Positions 27,608 through 38,058 are shown, numbered from the stretch's first letter. The stretch is 53,479 nt of DNA from Candidatus Hodarchaeota archaeon (GCA_048887225.1 JBHLJY010000015.1:1-53479), one strand, 5' to 3'. The notes: a model not told the origin generated them from the sequence alone. Numbers and translations are program-made.

Positions 27608-28393
27608 ATGTATTTTAACGTCGAAAAAAAGTTTGATTTAAACGTAAACGATATTAAGAATCCTGTTATTTTGATAGGATGGCCTGGAATAGCCTTAGTT
27701 GCTAAATTAGCAATATCTTCAATTAAAGACGCTATAGATGCAAAGTTATTTTTAAACATAGAATATTTTGATTTTCCACCTAAAAGTACCGTTGAGAAGG
27801 GATATTTAGGGATACCCATTGCAGAAGTATACTATAAATCAAAAGAACCTAATGATATTTTCATCTTAACGGCAAATTTTCAACCTCAATCGCCTGAAGG
27901 TGTTTTCGAATTTACAATGAAGTTTTGCGAAGAAATGGAAAAAATTTGCGGAAAAGGAAATATAAAAATGTATGTAAGCACAGGAGCACTAGTTTCTGAT
28001 AAAGTCTCTGATAATCCAAAGGTTCATATTTGTGGCACTGATAGTGATTTAATGTCTTCGTTTTTAGAGTTAGACAATACTAAAACGATGGATGGGGGAA
28101 TAATCGCAGGTGCTAATGGAATATTGCCAGCATATGCAGGTGTTAAAGGATTTGCTCCAGGAATTTGTTTGTTGGCTGAAACGATGCCACTACCAATGAT
28201 GAGTTTAGACCCCCGAGCCTCAAAGGCATTAGTTCAAATTTTGAAAGATTATTTCAAAATAGATATGGCTTTTGACGAATTGGATAAAAAAATAAAAGAA
28301 ATGCAGAATGTTTTTGATTCATTTAAAAAACAAGCAGATTATTTTATGAAGGGTTTTCAGGAGGATAAAGGAACAGACAGTTATTTTCGCTAA
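27608..28393 (+). CDS. PAC2-family proteasome assembly chaperone-like protein
   Basis: IGWPGIALVAKLA, QPQSPEG, GGIIAGANGIL, CLLAET, DPRASKAL. Confidence 0.82.
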   Translation: MYFNVEKKFDLNVNDIKNPVILIGWPGIALVAKLAISSIKDAIDAKLFLNIEYFDFPPKSTVEKGYLGIPIAEVYYKSKEPNDIFILTANFQPQSPEGVFEFTMKFCEEMEKICGKGNIKMYVSTGALVSDKVSDNPKVHICGTDSDLMSSFLELDNTKTMDGGIIAGANGILPAYAGVKGFAPGICLLAETMPLPMMSLDPRASKALVQILKDYFKIDMAFDELDKKIKEMQNVFDSFKKQADYFMKGFQEDKGTDSYFR

Positions 28394-28549
28394 TAACTTA
28401 TTTTCAACAGAAAAAAATTAAATCATATTCCTAAGAAGTGAATTCTTTTTTTCTTCTTTTAAAAAGAGACTGAATATATTATTCAAACAAATTTTTAATT
28501 AAAAAATACTTTATTTATGTAAAAAATTATAAATAATTTAGGTTGAGAT

Positions 28550-30565
28550 TTGAAGTTTTTTAAGCTATTTACACCTTTCAAGATAAAAGATATTGTTATA
28601 TCTAATCGAATCGTAATGCCTGCTATGCATTTAAACCTCGCAGATAATGGTTATATGACAAAAAAATTAAAAGATTTCTACGTTGAGCGGGCAAAAGGAG
28701 GGGCAGGACTTATTATTGTTGGGGGTTGTTACGTGGACATTTATGGGAAGGGGCTTCCAAGCATGATTTCTATTGAAAGCGATGATTACATTCCAAAGAT
28801 GATAGAATTTACTGATGCTGTTCATAATGCGCGTGATGATGTTAAAATCTGCGCTCAATTATACCATGGAGGAAGATATACTTTCCCTCAAATAATAGGA
28901 AGAACTCCAATTTCTTCTTCTGCAACTTATAGTAAGTTTAGCAAGTGTACACCACGAGAAATGAATCTTGAAGATATAAAGCGAGAACAAAAAGCCTTTG
29001 CTGATGCTGCATTACGAGCAAAAAAAGCGGGGTTTGATTGCGTTGAAATATGTGGATCCGCGGGGTATCTAATGGATCAATTTTTATCTCCATTCGTTAA
29101 TAAAAGAACAGATGAATATGGAGGAGATTTTGAAAACAGATTGAGATTTCCACTTGAAACTATTGAAACAATAAAAGATACTGTAGGAAGTGATTTTATT
29201 GTCGGGATGAGGATGGCGGGTGACGATTTTGTACCTGGAAGTTTGACATATAAAGATAAACCCCCTATTGCTAAAGCGTACGAGAAGATTGGAATAAATT
29301 TTATTAATATTACAGGTGGATGGCATGAAACAAGGACTCCACAGCTTACTATGGATGTACCTGAGGGATGCTATACTTATTTAGCAGAAAATGTTAAAAA
29401 AAGTGTCTCTATTCCTGTTTTTGCATCTAATAGAATAAATGATCCTGTTATGGCTGAGCAGATGTTAATGGCTGATAAAGCTGATGCAATTTGTATAGGT
29501 CGAGGATTAATTGCTGATCCGTATTTACCTATGAAAGCACAAAAAGGAGATCTCCGTGATATAATGAATTGTATCGCCTGTAATCAAGGATGTTTTGACA
29601 ATGTTTTTCGAATGATGCCTATAGCTTGCTTGAGAAATGCTAGAGCGGGTAAAGAAGCTAGGACTAAATTAAAAGCAATAAAAGAGAAAAAAAAAGTAAT
29701 GGTGATTGGTTCTGGTCCTGCGGGATTAGAAGCTGGAAGAATTGCTCGAATAAGAGGCCATGAAGTTCATATTTTTGAAAAAGGTGATGAGATAGGAGGT
29801 TTACTGAATGTTATATGGATTCCACCTGGAAGAAATGAATTTAAAAGGATGATTGAAAATTATACATATTGGATCCAAAAACATGAAATTAATTTACATC
29901 TAGAAATAGACGTATCAATAGAGACGATAAAAGAATTCAATCCTGATATTGTGCTTGTCGCAACTGGTTCTACCCCTATAAAACCTCCGATATTAGGTAT
30001 TAATAGAGAAAATGTTTTCTGGGCTAACGATGTTTTTACTGGGGATGCACCCATCGGTCAAAATAATGTAATAATTGGAGGTGGTGCTACAGGCATTGAA
30101 TTAGCACTTTATATAGCAAAATATGGTGCTTTAAGTCGTGAAGCATTTGAATTTCTTACTTTTTACAAAGCATTAGACCCTGAAGTCGCTCTTCAAATGT
30201 TACACAAAGGAAAAAAAAAAGTAACTGTTTTAGAAAAATTACCAAAATTAGGGTCAATCCTCGGGAGAACAACAAAATGGGTACTGCTTGATAAATGTAA
30301 TAATTTAGGGATTAGTCTCATTACTGGTGCCAATATTACCGAAATTGGTGAAAATTATATAAATTATACAGACGGTATGGGAAAAGATCAAGTTATTAAC
30401 GATGTGGACGCTGTTTATTACGCAACTGGGGTAGAACCCAATGATGCAATATTTAAAGAGATTAAATCTTTAGGAATTGAAGTTCATAAGATCGGCGATG
30501 CAAGGAAACCTGCTACAGTCATGGAAGCAATTGAAAAGGGCTATAAAATTGCTAATGGAATTTGA
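28550..30565 (+). CDS. fadH: 2,4-dienoyl-CoA reductase-like NADH:flavin oxidoreductase (OYE barrel + Fe-S + FAD)
   Basis: NRIVMPAMH, ERAKGG, GYLMDQFLSP, NKRTDEYGG, GGWHE, CIACNQGC, GSGPAG. Confidence 0.82.
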   Translation: MKFFKLFTPFKIKDIVISNRIVMPAMHLNLADNGYMTKKLKDFYVERAKGGAGLIIVGGCYVDIYGKGLPSMISIESDDYIPKMIEFTDAVHNARDDVKICAQLYHGGRYTFPQIIGRTPISSSATYSKFSKCTPREMNLEDIKREQKAFADAALRAKKAGFDCVEICGSAGYLMDQFLSPFVNKRTDEYGGDFENRLRFPLETIETIKDTVGSDFIVGMRMAGDDFVPGSLTYKDKPPIAKAYEKIGINFINITGGWHETRTPQLTMDVPEGCYTYLAENVKKSVSIPVFASNRINDPVMAEQMLMADKADAICIGRGLIADPYLPMKAQKGDLRDIMNCIACNQGCFDNVFRMMPIACLRNARAGKEARTKLKAIKEKKKVMVIGSGPAGLEAGRIARIRGHEVHIFEKGDEIGGLLNVIWIPPGRNEFKRMIENYTYWIQKHEINLHLEIDVSIETIKEFNPDIVLVATGSTPIKPPILGINRENVFWANDVFTGDAPIGQNNVIIGGGATGIELALYIAKYGALSREAFEFLTFYKALDPEVALQMLHKGKKKVTVLEKLPKLGSILGRTTKWVLLDKCNNLGISLITGANITEIGENYINYTDGMGKDQVINDVDAVYYATGVEPNDAIFKEIKSLGIEVHKIGDARKPATVMEAIEKGYKIANGI

Positions 30566-30646
30566 GATTTAGATAAAATTATTTCTATTAAGTTTCATAT
30601 TCAAAAATCTTTAAGTATTAAACAAACAATGAGATATTGATTACAT

Positions 30647-31627
30647 TTGCAGAATATAAGCACTGTTGATACCAATAAAAATAGGATTCAGAACGAGATT
30701 TACACTAAATTAGAGAGTATTAATGAGCAATCTCGAAATTACATTAATGACGTTATTGTTATCATTAATAGAGAAATCGGAATTGATAAAATTACATCAA
30801 TAATTTTATTTGGGAGCCAAAGAGAAATAGAAAAAAAAAATGCTGAGTGTACTTCTGTCTCAGATTGCGATTTACTTATTATTTTTAACGATAATGTTCC
30901 AGATTTTTTTATAAAAAAGATTGAAAAATATTTCCTCGCTTTAGAAAATAAACATAACTTTCGAGTTGAGAATAACTCTAAATTTGTTAATAAATTTTTG
31001 GATGTAGTTCATTCAAGCACTGGAATGTTTGTAAGTCATTTTTTAACTAAGAAAAAATATTGGGAAAATATAATTTTTCACAAAATATTTCGGGTAAATA
31101 AGGTATTCTCCAAATTAATTGCACCAAAAAAAATAGTATTGTGTAATGTAGTTGCAAATAGTAGACTCCTTTATGGAAATGACTTGAGAGAAATTGTTAA
31201 AAAGATTGAAATCTCGCCTCTTGATATGATAAAAAGCTTATGCATGAATTTAATAGTATTGTTCTTATCAATACCTATTTCAATATTAAACTCTTTTAAT
31301 TCAATAAGATATCAATTAGAAGCCGTAAAATGGAGTTTAAGGGCTGCAAATTATTATGCTTTTAAAGATTCGGTATCTCTCGAAGAAATTTCTTCTCGAT
31401 TTACGCTATTTGAAAAGTCAGGAAGCTTTTTAAATTATATAAAACACGCTAAAGTTTTCTACAATAGATTTCTAAATTTAAGAAAAAGGCCTCAGAGAGA
31501 CTTAGGTTTTATGCTTCGATGTCCATTTAGAATTCTTAAAATTCACTTAAAAGGCATACTTTTCAAAAAAATGGCAAAAAAAGGAATTAATAATGATAAA
31601 AAAAGCTTTAATTTTATATTTCCTTAA
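30647..31627 (+). CDS. Pol-beta superfamily nucleotidyltransferase domain protein
   Basis: ILFGS...SDCDLLII catalytic signature, helical C-terminal half. Confidence 0.68.
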   Translation: MQNISTVDTNKNRIQNEIYTKLESINEQSRNYINDVIVIINREIGIDKITSIILFGSQREIEKKNAECTSVSDCDLLIIFNDNVPDFFIKKIEKYFLALENKHNFRVENNSKFVNKFLDVVHSSTGMFVSHFLTKKKYWENIIFHKIFRVNKVFSKLIAPKKIVLCNVVANSRLLYGNDLREIVKKIEISPLDMIKSLCMNLIVLFLSIPISILNSFNSIRYQLEAVKWSLRAANYYAFKDSVSLEEISSRFTLFEKSGSFLNYIKHAKVFYNRFLNLRKRPQRDLGFMLRCPFRILKIHLKGILFKKMAKKGINNDKKSFNFIFP

Positions 31628-31690
31628 GATTTTTATATTTTCAAGGTTATTATTTTAATGTAAAATTATTCAAAAATAGGTTTAAAAAAT

Positions 31691-32233
31691 ATGGAAATTA
31701 ATATAAGAGAATTATTCTTGGACATACTCTCCATCGTTAAATTCGAGCTCAAGTTCTATAAAGATAAAGAATCACCCATGTTTGAAAGAATAGTAAAAAC
31801 CAGGGTTTTTCAACAAAAATTGCAGAAGCTAAAAGACTTTATAATGTCTTATTTTGAAATAATGTACAAAGATAAAGACAGTCCCATAAACAAAGCAGCT
31901 TTAAGAGCACAACTCGATAATATTGCTCGGATTACAAACTATTACGACGATTTATCGAGTTTTTACCAGGACCATACAGAAATATTAATTACTAAAGAGA
32001 AATTTCTTAGCTTAATTGAATATAGCCATATTGAAGTATTATTCCTCATTTTTACGAATATTCTGGACTGGGAACACTATAAAAGCAGCCTCCTCTTCCC
32101 AACTGACAAAGCAAAAGAAAAAATGCTAAAAGAATTTCTAAATAGACTTGCTAGTAGCGACATAAAAGATGTTGATGATATTATAGATCTTGAACAAGAA
32201 ATTGATACATTTGTTCAAGCAATCGAAATTTAA
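31691..32233 (+). CDS. Hypothetical protein (predicted helical)
   Basis: 180-aa ATG ORF filling the gap; no recognised motif. Confidence 0.65.
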   Translation: MEINIRELFLDILSIVKFELKFYKDKESPMFERIVKTRVFQQKLQKLKDFIMSYFEIMYKDKDSPINKAALRAQLDNIARITNYYDDLSSFYQDHTEILITKEKFLSLIEYSHIEVLFLIFTNILDWEHYKSSLLFPTDKAKEKMLKEFLNRLASSDIKDVDDIIDLEQEIDTFVQAIEI

Positions 32234-32455
32234 TTCTAAGAGAAAATTATAACAAATACTTCTTTTTAACTTTTTTCTTAAGAAATTCTAATGATTTTCG
32301 CCTTAGATATAAATAGGTTTCCAATCTGGGAAAAAAATTTTAATAGATAATTTTTAATTTATTTTTTACAGCTTAATCCAAAAAAAATATAAGTGTGAGT
32401 AAAGATGTTATTTATTGGTATTAGGAATAACTATAACAAGCATAACTAATTTAAT

Positions 32456-32737
32456 ATGGATTGTATCGATAAGATTTTAGACTTTTATAAAAACCAAGAA
32501 ATTTATAAATTTAATGAAGTAAAAATTCGTCTTGGTAAAATTTTAATTGAATTAATGAATGATCTTAATAATCCTTCAAATTTATTTAGAGTCCGAAATT
32601 GTTTAGTCTTATTGATAAATCTATTTTTTGATATTGATTACCCAGATCATCTGCATAAACAAGGAAAACCGCTATGTGATTTATCTGAAGAGGAGCTAAA
32701 AATTGTTCATGATTTGCTTAAATCAGAATTAAGTTGA
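32456..32737 (+). CDS. Hypothetical protein
   Basis: 93-aa ATG ORF, no recognised motif. Confidence 0.6.
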   Translation: MDCIDKILDFYKNQEIYKFNEVKIRLGKILIELMNDLNNPSNLFRVRNCLVLLINLFFDIDYPDHLHKQGKPLCDLSEEELKIVHDLLKSELS

Positions 32738-32765
32738 GATTTAAATTAAGAAAGGATTGAAATCT

Positions 32766-35033
32766 TTAAAATACTTTTAAATCTTTTAAGAAATGTTTAA
32801 AGGATTCGTCGTAATTGTTAAAATAAAGCTCTATTTTCTGTAAGATCTCCGTAATTGCCTTTTTTAGTTTTTTATCTGAGTCTAAGGTGTCTATAATGAC
32901 GCTAGAAAGGTCGATTTGATATTCAGATGTTAATTCTGTAATTTTTGATAAATCTTCTTTACGAATACCAATTTTTTCTAATTTAATAAAAACCGAATCA
33001 ATCTCAAACTTAAGTTTTCTTGTTGCTTTCAAGGAATTAACGCATTTTTTGTATAAATCTTGTTCTTTTTCATACATAATTGATTCTTCTTCAGAAAGAA
33101 TATCTTTTCCGTCTCGCTCATTCAATCTTTCTTGTAGAAGATGTTTAGTCCTGTGATAAATATCTATAGCTTCATTAATCTTTACTATTGATTTAATTAA
33201 ATCGAATTTACGGAGTAATCTTGCCTCAACTATCTTTAAATATGCAACTTCATAGAAAATTTGAAGTTCTCCAAAAGTGCTTTTCTCCCAGTGGCCTATT
33301 CTTAACTTAAGTTCTCTTAATTGCTCGTACAGCAGATCTTTCTCTTGAATACTTAGATCAATTTTCTTAAGTTCGTTAAACACCGAATTTGCTTTTTCTT
33401 TAACTATTAAAGCATTGCGTTTTAACATTCCTGCTTTTTTTTCAATGTTTGTAATGCTTCGTGATTCACCTTCTCTTTCAACCCAACTAAATATTCTTAT
33501 TGCATCATTTAGCAATTTATTGAATTTTACCGTGTCCGATTCTAAATAATATTTTGAATCTTGAACTTTTTGGATTGCTCTATCCATTTGGACTTCGAAC
33601 TCAAAAATATGATCAACAAGAGTTATTTGTTTTCTTTCCGATAATACTCTTGATTTCACATACATATCATCTTCTACGCTTCTGCTTACAATATACCAAA
33701 GAATAGCAGCGGGGATCCAGAATACTATTGCGAACAACATCATATTGTAAATACTTCCAAGCCATGTAATTAACATAAAAGAGATAAATAAAGTAATGCC
33801 TTTACCTATTTGTTCTGAAAGATTAAAAAATGAAGCTGCGGTTCCCTTGTGTTCAGGCATATTAACATCAATTAAAACCGCATTCCTATTTGCAACTGGT
33901 CCGGCAGCCACAGTGGTTCCGATTAATCCAATAATAAAATAAAAAATATAATTCGGATAAACTCTGAATATTGCAGCAATAGTTAAAAAGATATATCTCC
34001 AAATCTCTCCAGTCGGGATGGGATCAGGATAACTAATACCTAATTTATCAACTCTAATAGGTTGTATAAAAAGCATAGTTAATATATATAAAGGAATTGT
34101 TATTATCATACAGATTGTTGCTAATCTCGCTCGGTTTCTTTTATTTCTTTTAAATAAAGCATCTCCTATGCGTGAAAGTACCACATTTCCCAAAATATAT
34201 CCTATCCCAACCATCCCTGCAAATATAGATGCTGTTTGTAGTCTTATTTCGTCTGGTAATTCCGCAAAAAAATGAAGTGCAAACATGGAAGTCAAAAAAT
34301 ATACTAAAATCGTTCCAGGTATAATTGCGAAAAAGCCCTGAATTGTTAAGTAGCGATTTGTTTTTTTCTTAACAATTTGAGCTAAATCTGAAGTTGATAT
34401 TCTATAGCTATATTCTAAACTTAATTTGGCTAAATCTAATAATTCGTCCTCGCTCGCACCTCTCTGAGGTATTTTTACAAAAAAAAGGATTATAATAATA
34501 AAAATGCTAATTATTGCCAATAGAAGGAACGGAAATCTCCAACTTGTAATAGGCCCTAAAAATGAAGATAACGCTTGACCAATTCCATTAGATATTGAAC
34601 TTAAAATAGCGAGCATTCCAAACCACCCTGAGCGTTCTTCAGGAGGTATTGCATCTGAAATAATAGAATATCCTACTGGCAAAACACAACCAAGTCCAGC
34701 TCCACTTAGCATCCTTGAAATGACTAGCATTTGATATGAGAAGCTAAAGGAAGTTAGAAACATCCCTATTGTCCAAGAAAAAGCTCCCGCCATTATAACC
34801 TTGCTTCTATCAATACGATCTGTATAGTAACCCCAAATCAATGCAAAAAATGCGCTGAATAAAATAAAAAAAGCATCAGGAATTGCTATAAGTGCCTCAG
34901 GAATATTAAATTCTTCTTGAATCGAACCATAACTAGGAATTAACATATTGGCACATGCGATAGAGACGAATAAAAGAAGCACTACCAATAATATCGGAAT
35001 TAAATCTTTTTTCGAGATTTTAGTTAACGGGAT
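32766..35033 (-). CDS. MFS transporter fused to a ~290-aa soluble helical C-terminal domain
   Basis: WGYYTDRIDR motif A, ~12 TMs, then a charged helical tail; tracked start TTG 34988 lies inside TM1 and the frame is open to ATC 35033. Confidence 0.82.
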   Translation of the reverse strand: MPLTKISKKDLIPILLVVLLLFVSIACANMLIPSYGSIQEEFNIPEALIAIPDAFFILFSAFFALIWGYYTDRIDRSKVIMAGAFSWTIGMFLTSFSFSYQMLVISRMLSGAGLGCVLPVGYSIISDAIPPEERSGWFGMLAILSSISNGIGQALSSFLGPITSWRFPFLLLAIISIFIIIILFFVKIPQRGASEDELLDLAKLSLEYSYRISTSDLAQIVKKKTNRYLTIQGFFAIIPGTILVYFLTSMFALHFFAELPDEIRLQTASIFAGMVGIGYILGNVVLSRIGDALFKRNKRNRARLATICMIITIPLYILTMLFIQPIRVDKLGISYPDPIPTGEIWRYIFLTIAAIFRVYPNYIFYFIIGLIGTTVAAGPVANRNAVLIDVNMPEHKGTAASFFNLSEQIGKGITLFISFMLITWLGSIYNMMLFAIVFWIPAAILWYIVSRSVEDDMYVKSRVLSERKQITLVDHIFEFEVQMDRAIQKVQDSKYYLESDTVKFNKLLNDAIRIFSWVEREGESRSITNIEKKAGMLKRNALIVKEKANSVFNELKKIDLSIQEKDLLYEQLRELKLRIGHWEKSTFGELQIFYEVAYLKIVEARLLRKFDLIKSIVKINEAIDIYHRTKHLLQERLNERDGKDILSEEESIMYEKEQDLYKKCVNSLKATRKLKFEIDSVFIKLEKIGIRKEDLSKITELTSEYQIDLSSVIIDTLDSDKKLKKAITEILQKIELYFNNYDESFKHFLKDLKVF

Positions 35034-35204
35034 TTAAATTACACCTTAATTTAAAGATTATAATTTAATAAGAATCGTCAATTAAAAAAATTTTCAACCA
35101 AAATACAATAAGAACATTGTGTTTTAAAAACAATGACAGAATAAACTTATTTCCGATTATAAGGATTCAAATGAGTTAAAGGACCACATTTATTTTGTAA
35201 GGAT

Positions 35205-35276
35205 TGGAGACGGCGGGAGTCGAACCCGCGGCCTTTTGCATGCCAAGCAAACGATCTTCCACTAATCCACGTCCCC
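35205..35276 (-). tRNA. tRNA-Ala(GGC), intronless, CCA not encoded
   Basis: GGGGACGTGGATTAGTGGAAGATCGTTTGCTTGGCATGCAAAAGGCCGCGGGTTCGACTCCCGCCGTCTCCA: G3:U70 Ala identity pair, anticodon arm TTTGC-TTGGCAT-GCAAA, T-loop TTCGACT, discriminator A. Confidence 0.96.
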
Positions 35277-35385
35277 AATTTATCAAAATTAAGTTTTATT
35301 AAAGACTATAAAAAAAGTCTGAAGACTATACATCAAAGGTAAATAATAAACAATTTTTAATAACAATTATGATTTCATAGGAGAG

Positions 35386-36090
35386 TTATTTTTGAAGTAT
35401 TAAAACGCTCCCATCTTTTTGTCCTATATACGCTTTTGAAGCTAATCCTATGAAAAAACCAGTATCTACAACGCCGGGAATCGTTAATTTCTCGTCAAGC
35501 GCTATTGGATTCTCAATTATTCCAAAATCTACATCAATTATAAAATTGCCATTATCAGTTATTAAAGGACCCATTTTTGACTTAGCCATTCGAAGAACGG
35601 GCTTTCCTCCAAGTTTTTCGAATTTTTTCATAATAGGACCGTGAGCCATTGGAATAACTTCAATCGGCACTCCATTTTTCCATTTTTCTCCTAATTTATC
35701 TGAATTTTTTCTGTAATCAACAATAATTACAACTTTTTTAGAATTTGACGCAAGAATTTTTTCTTGAACAAGACAACCTCCGCCTCCCTTGATTAGATTA
35801 AGATCTTTGTCCATCTCATCCGCACCATCGATGTCTAAATCGATTTCAGGATATTGATTTAATGACGCTAAATTAAGCCCATTATCTATTATTAATTGAT
35901 ACGATTGAAAAGATGAGGGAATACATTTTAAATTTAAATTGTTTTCTCTATTTAACTCAGCTATTTTTTTCACAGCATAAACTACGGTAGAACCACTACC
36001 TATACCTAAAATCATATTTCTTTTAACATTATCTTGTACTGCTTTTTCTGCTGCTTTTTCTTTCCCTAATTCGATTAAATCTTTACTCAT
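35386..36090 (-). CDS. rpiA: Ribose-5-phosphate isomerase A
   Basis: GIGSGST, DGADE, IKGGGG, PIEV, TDNGN, PGVVDTG. Confidence 0.96.
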   Translation of the reverse strand: MSKDLIELGKEKAAEKAVQDNVKRNMILGIGSGSTVVYAVKKIAELNRENNLNLKCIPSSFQSYQLIIDNGLNLASLNQYPEIDLDIDGADEMDKDLNLIKGGGGCLVQEKILASNSKKVVIIVDYRKNSDKLGEKWKNGVPIEVIPMAHGPIMKKFEKLGGKPVLRMAKSKMGPLITDNGNFIIDVDFGIIENPIALDEKLTIPGVVDTGFFIGLASKAYIGQKDGSVLILQK

Positions 36091-36097
36091 AATTATC

Positions 36098-36508
36098 CTA
36101 AGTTTTATTATTTTTTAATAAATTAAGAATTCGAATTGCAAGATATGCCGCATTATCACCTCTATCAATTCCAACACATCCTACAGGTACACTGGGAGGC
36201 ATTTGAACAATTGAAAGTAACGCGTCTAAACCACCTAATTTCGTACTTACGGGCACTCCAATAACAGGTTTGTCTGTCTTAGAGGCAATTAAGCCTGGTA
36301 ATGCTGCAGATAATCCTGCGACGGCAATATATACTAATGATTCGCAAGATTTAAGATATTCATCTAATTTTTCTGGATCTCTGTGAGCGGATAATATTTT
36401 TAACTCATAGGTAATATTATTTTCTTTTAAAACGCTTTCTGCCTTTTCGTAAACTTCGCTATCTGAAGCACTTCCAGCAATTATCGAAATTAAAGTCCTT
36501 TTTTCCAT
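36098..36508 (-). CDS. purE: N5-CAIR mutase / AIR carboxylase
   Basis: [32 protein letters not shown]. Confidence 0.93.
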   Translation of the reverse strand: MEKRTLISIIAGSASDSEVYEKAESVLKENNITYELKILSAHRDPEKLDEYLKSCESLVYIAVAGLSAALPGLIASKTDKPVIGVPVSTKLGGLDALLSIVQMPPSVPVGCVGIDRGDNAAYLAIRILNLLKNNKT

Positions 36509-36694
36509 AATTAAACAAAACCTTTGATAAATAAAAATAATTCTAATCCCTTCTTAATATAGTTTTAAAAAATGACTAAAATCAAAAATTAGAATTATTT
36601 ATTTGAGATATCAATTTATCAAAAACTTTAATAGAATTTTAAAATTTCTTGAATTAAATTTCAAAATATTAACTTCATATAAAAAAAGTAAAAT

Positions 36695-38014
36695 GTGATT
36701 GTTAAGATGGCAAAAAGCTTAAAAGAGGCATGGCTTGTTGATTATGCAAGAACTGCTTTTTCTCGTTCAAGACCGGGCGCCCCTGAAAGAGATGTATTTG
36801 GTGATCAAAGAGGAGACGAATTATTAGCGCATTTATTAATGAAGTTCTTTGACGAAAAATTAGCTAACAAAGGAATTGAAAAGAAAGATATAGAAGAAGC
36901 TTCTGTAGGAACTGCGATGGGAGTTTATGAGTGTTGGACCTATGGCGGCAGACTTCCGTTGTTTATGGCAGAATTTCCCGTTGAAACGAGCGCATTTTTT
37001 ATTGATAAACAATGTGGATCGGCTGGTGCGGGATTACAAGTGTTATCTATGGAAATAATGACAGGAAATACTAAATGTGCTTTAGCCACAGGTGTAGAAC
37101 ATATGACTCGTATTCCAATGCAAAATGATTGGATCAGACCTAATTTGGGTATGGTTAGCAAGAATGACAAATGGTTTAGACCCCAATATGATATTATGAC
37201 AACCATTAACATGATTCAGACTGCGCAGAAACTTTACGAGCAGGAATCGCCTTATATCACCAAAGAAGATCTAGATAAATTTGGAGTGAGAAGTCATAAT
37301 TTAACCGTTCAGAATCAAGAATCAGGGTGGTTTAAGGGAGAAATTATCCCTATTGAAGGTCATAAAGAAGGAAACCCTGACGAGAAAATGATGATTGATA
37401 GGGATATGGCAGCAAGAAAATCAGACTTAGCAACAGTGGCAAAATTGCGCCGATTATCAAGACCGTTCTTTTTAAAGCAAAATGCATATGGAGAAGATCT
37501 TGGTGGTAGAAAAGGATATATGGAAAGAGAAGGAACCAAAGAAGGAGTTATAACTCCAGGAAATTCTTCTCCATTAAATGCAGGAGCTACCGCATGCGTT
37601 TTAATGGAAGCTCAAGAAGCTGAAAAAAGAGGGATTAAACCAATGGCAAAAATAGTCTCACTTGGCTGGGCAGCAGTAGATCCAAGCGTAATGGGCCGTG
37701 GACCTGTGCCCGCGAGTAAAAAGGCGTTAGAATTAGCTGGTTTAACTGCTGATGATATTGATTTTTGGGAAATAAACGAGGCATTCACAATCGTTTCTCT
37801 AAGTTGCATGAAAGCATTTAATATACCTGAAGAAAAAGTTAATGTTATGGGAGGTGCCACTGCTATTGGTCATCCTTTAGGTGCTACAATGATAAGACTC
37901 ACTGGTACTTTAGCAAGAATATTAAAAGATAAAAATGGTAAGTATGGAATAGCAAACGCTTGTATTGGTGGTGGTCAGGGGATCGCTGTTTTATTGGAAA
38001 ATCCTGACGCATAA
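36695..38014 (+). CDS. Acetyl-CoA C-acyltransferase (thiolase)
   Basis: QCGS catalytic Cys, EINEAF, GHPLGA, CIGGGQG; likely start ATG 36707. Confidence 0.93.
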   Translation: MIVKMAKSLKEAWLVDYARTAFSRSRPGAPERDVFGDQRGDELLAHLLMKFFDEKLANKGIEKKDIEEASVGTAMGVYECWTYGGRLPLFMAEFPVETSAFFIDKQCGSAGAGLQVLSMEIMTGNTKCALATGVEHMTRIPMQNDWIRPNLGMVSKNDKWFRPQYDIMTTINMIQTAQKLYEQESPYITKEDLDKFGVRSHNLTVQNQESGWFKGEIIPIEGHKEGNPDEKMMIDRDMAARKSDLATVAKLRRLSRPFFLKQNAYGEDLGGRKGYMEREGTKEGVITPGNSSPLNAGATACVLMEAQEAEKRGIKPMAKIVSLGWAAVDPSVMGRGPVPASKKALELAGLTADDIDFWEINEAFTIVSLSCMKAFNIPEEKVNVMGGATAIGHPLGATMIRLTGTLARILKDKNGKYGIANACIGGGQGIAVLLENPDA

Positions 38015-38030
38015 AACGATTAAAAACATT

Positions 38031-38058
38031 ATTTCCTCTCTTTTTTTTTAATTTTTTA
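38031..38058 (+). terminator. Oligo-T terminator after thiolase
   Basis: TTTCCTCTCTTTTTTTTTAATTTTTT shortly after the stop. Confidence 0.5.

Noticed and set aside
35157-35276. tRNA-Ala as an integration site; near-repeat TT(A/G)TAAGGATT at 35157 and 35195
   Set aside because: No integrase, no duplicated tRNA 3' end and housekeeping genes on both sides; the short AT-rich repeat may be chance.
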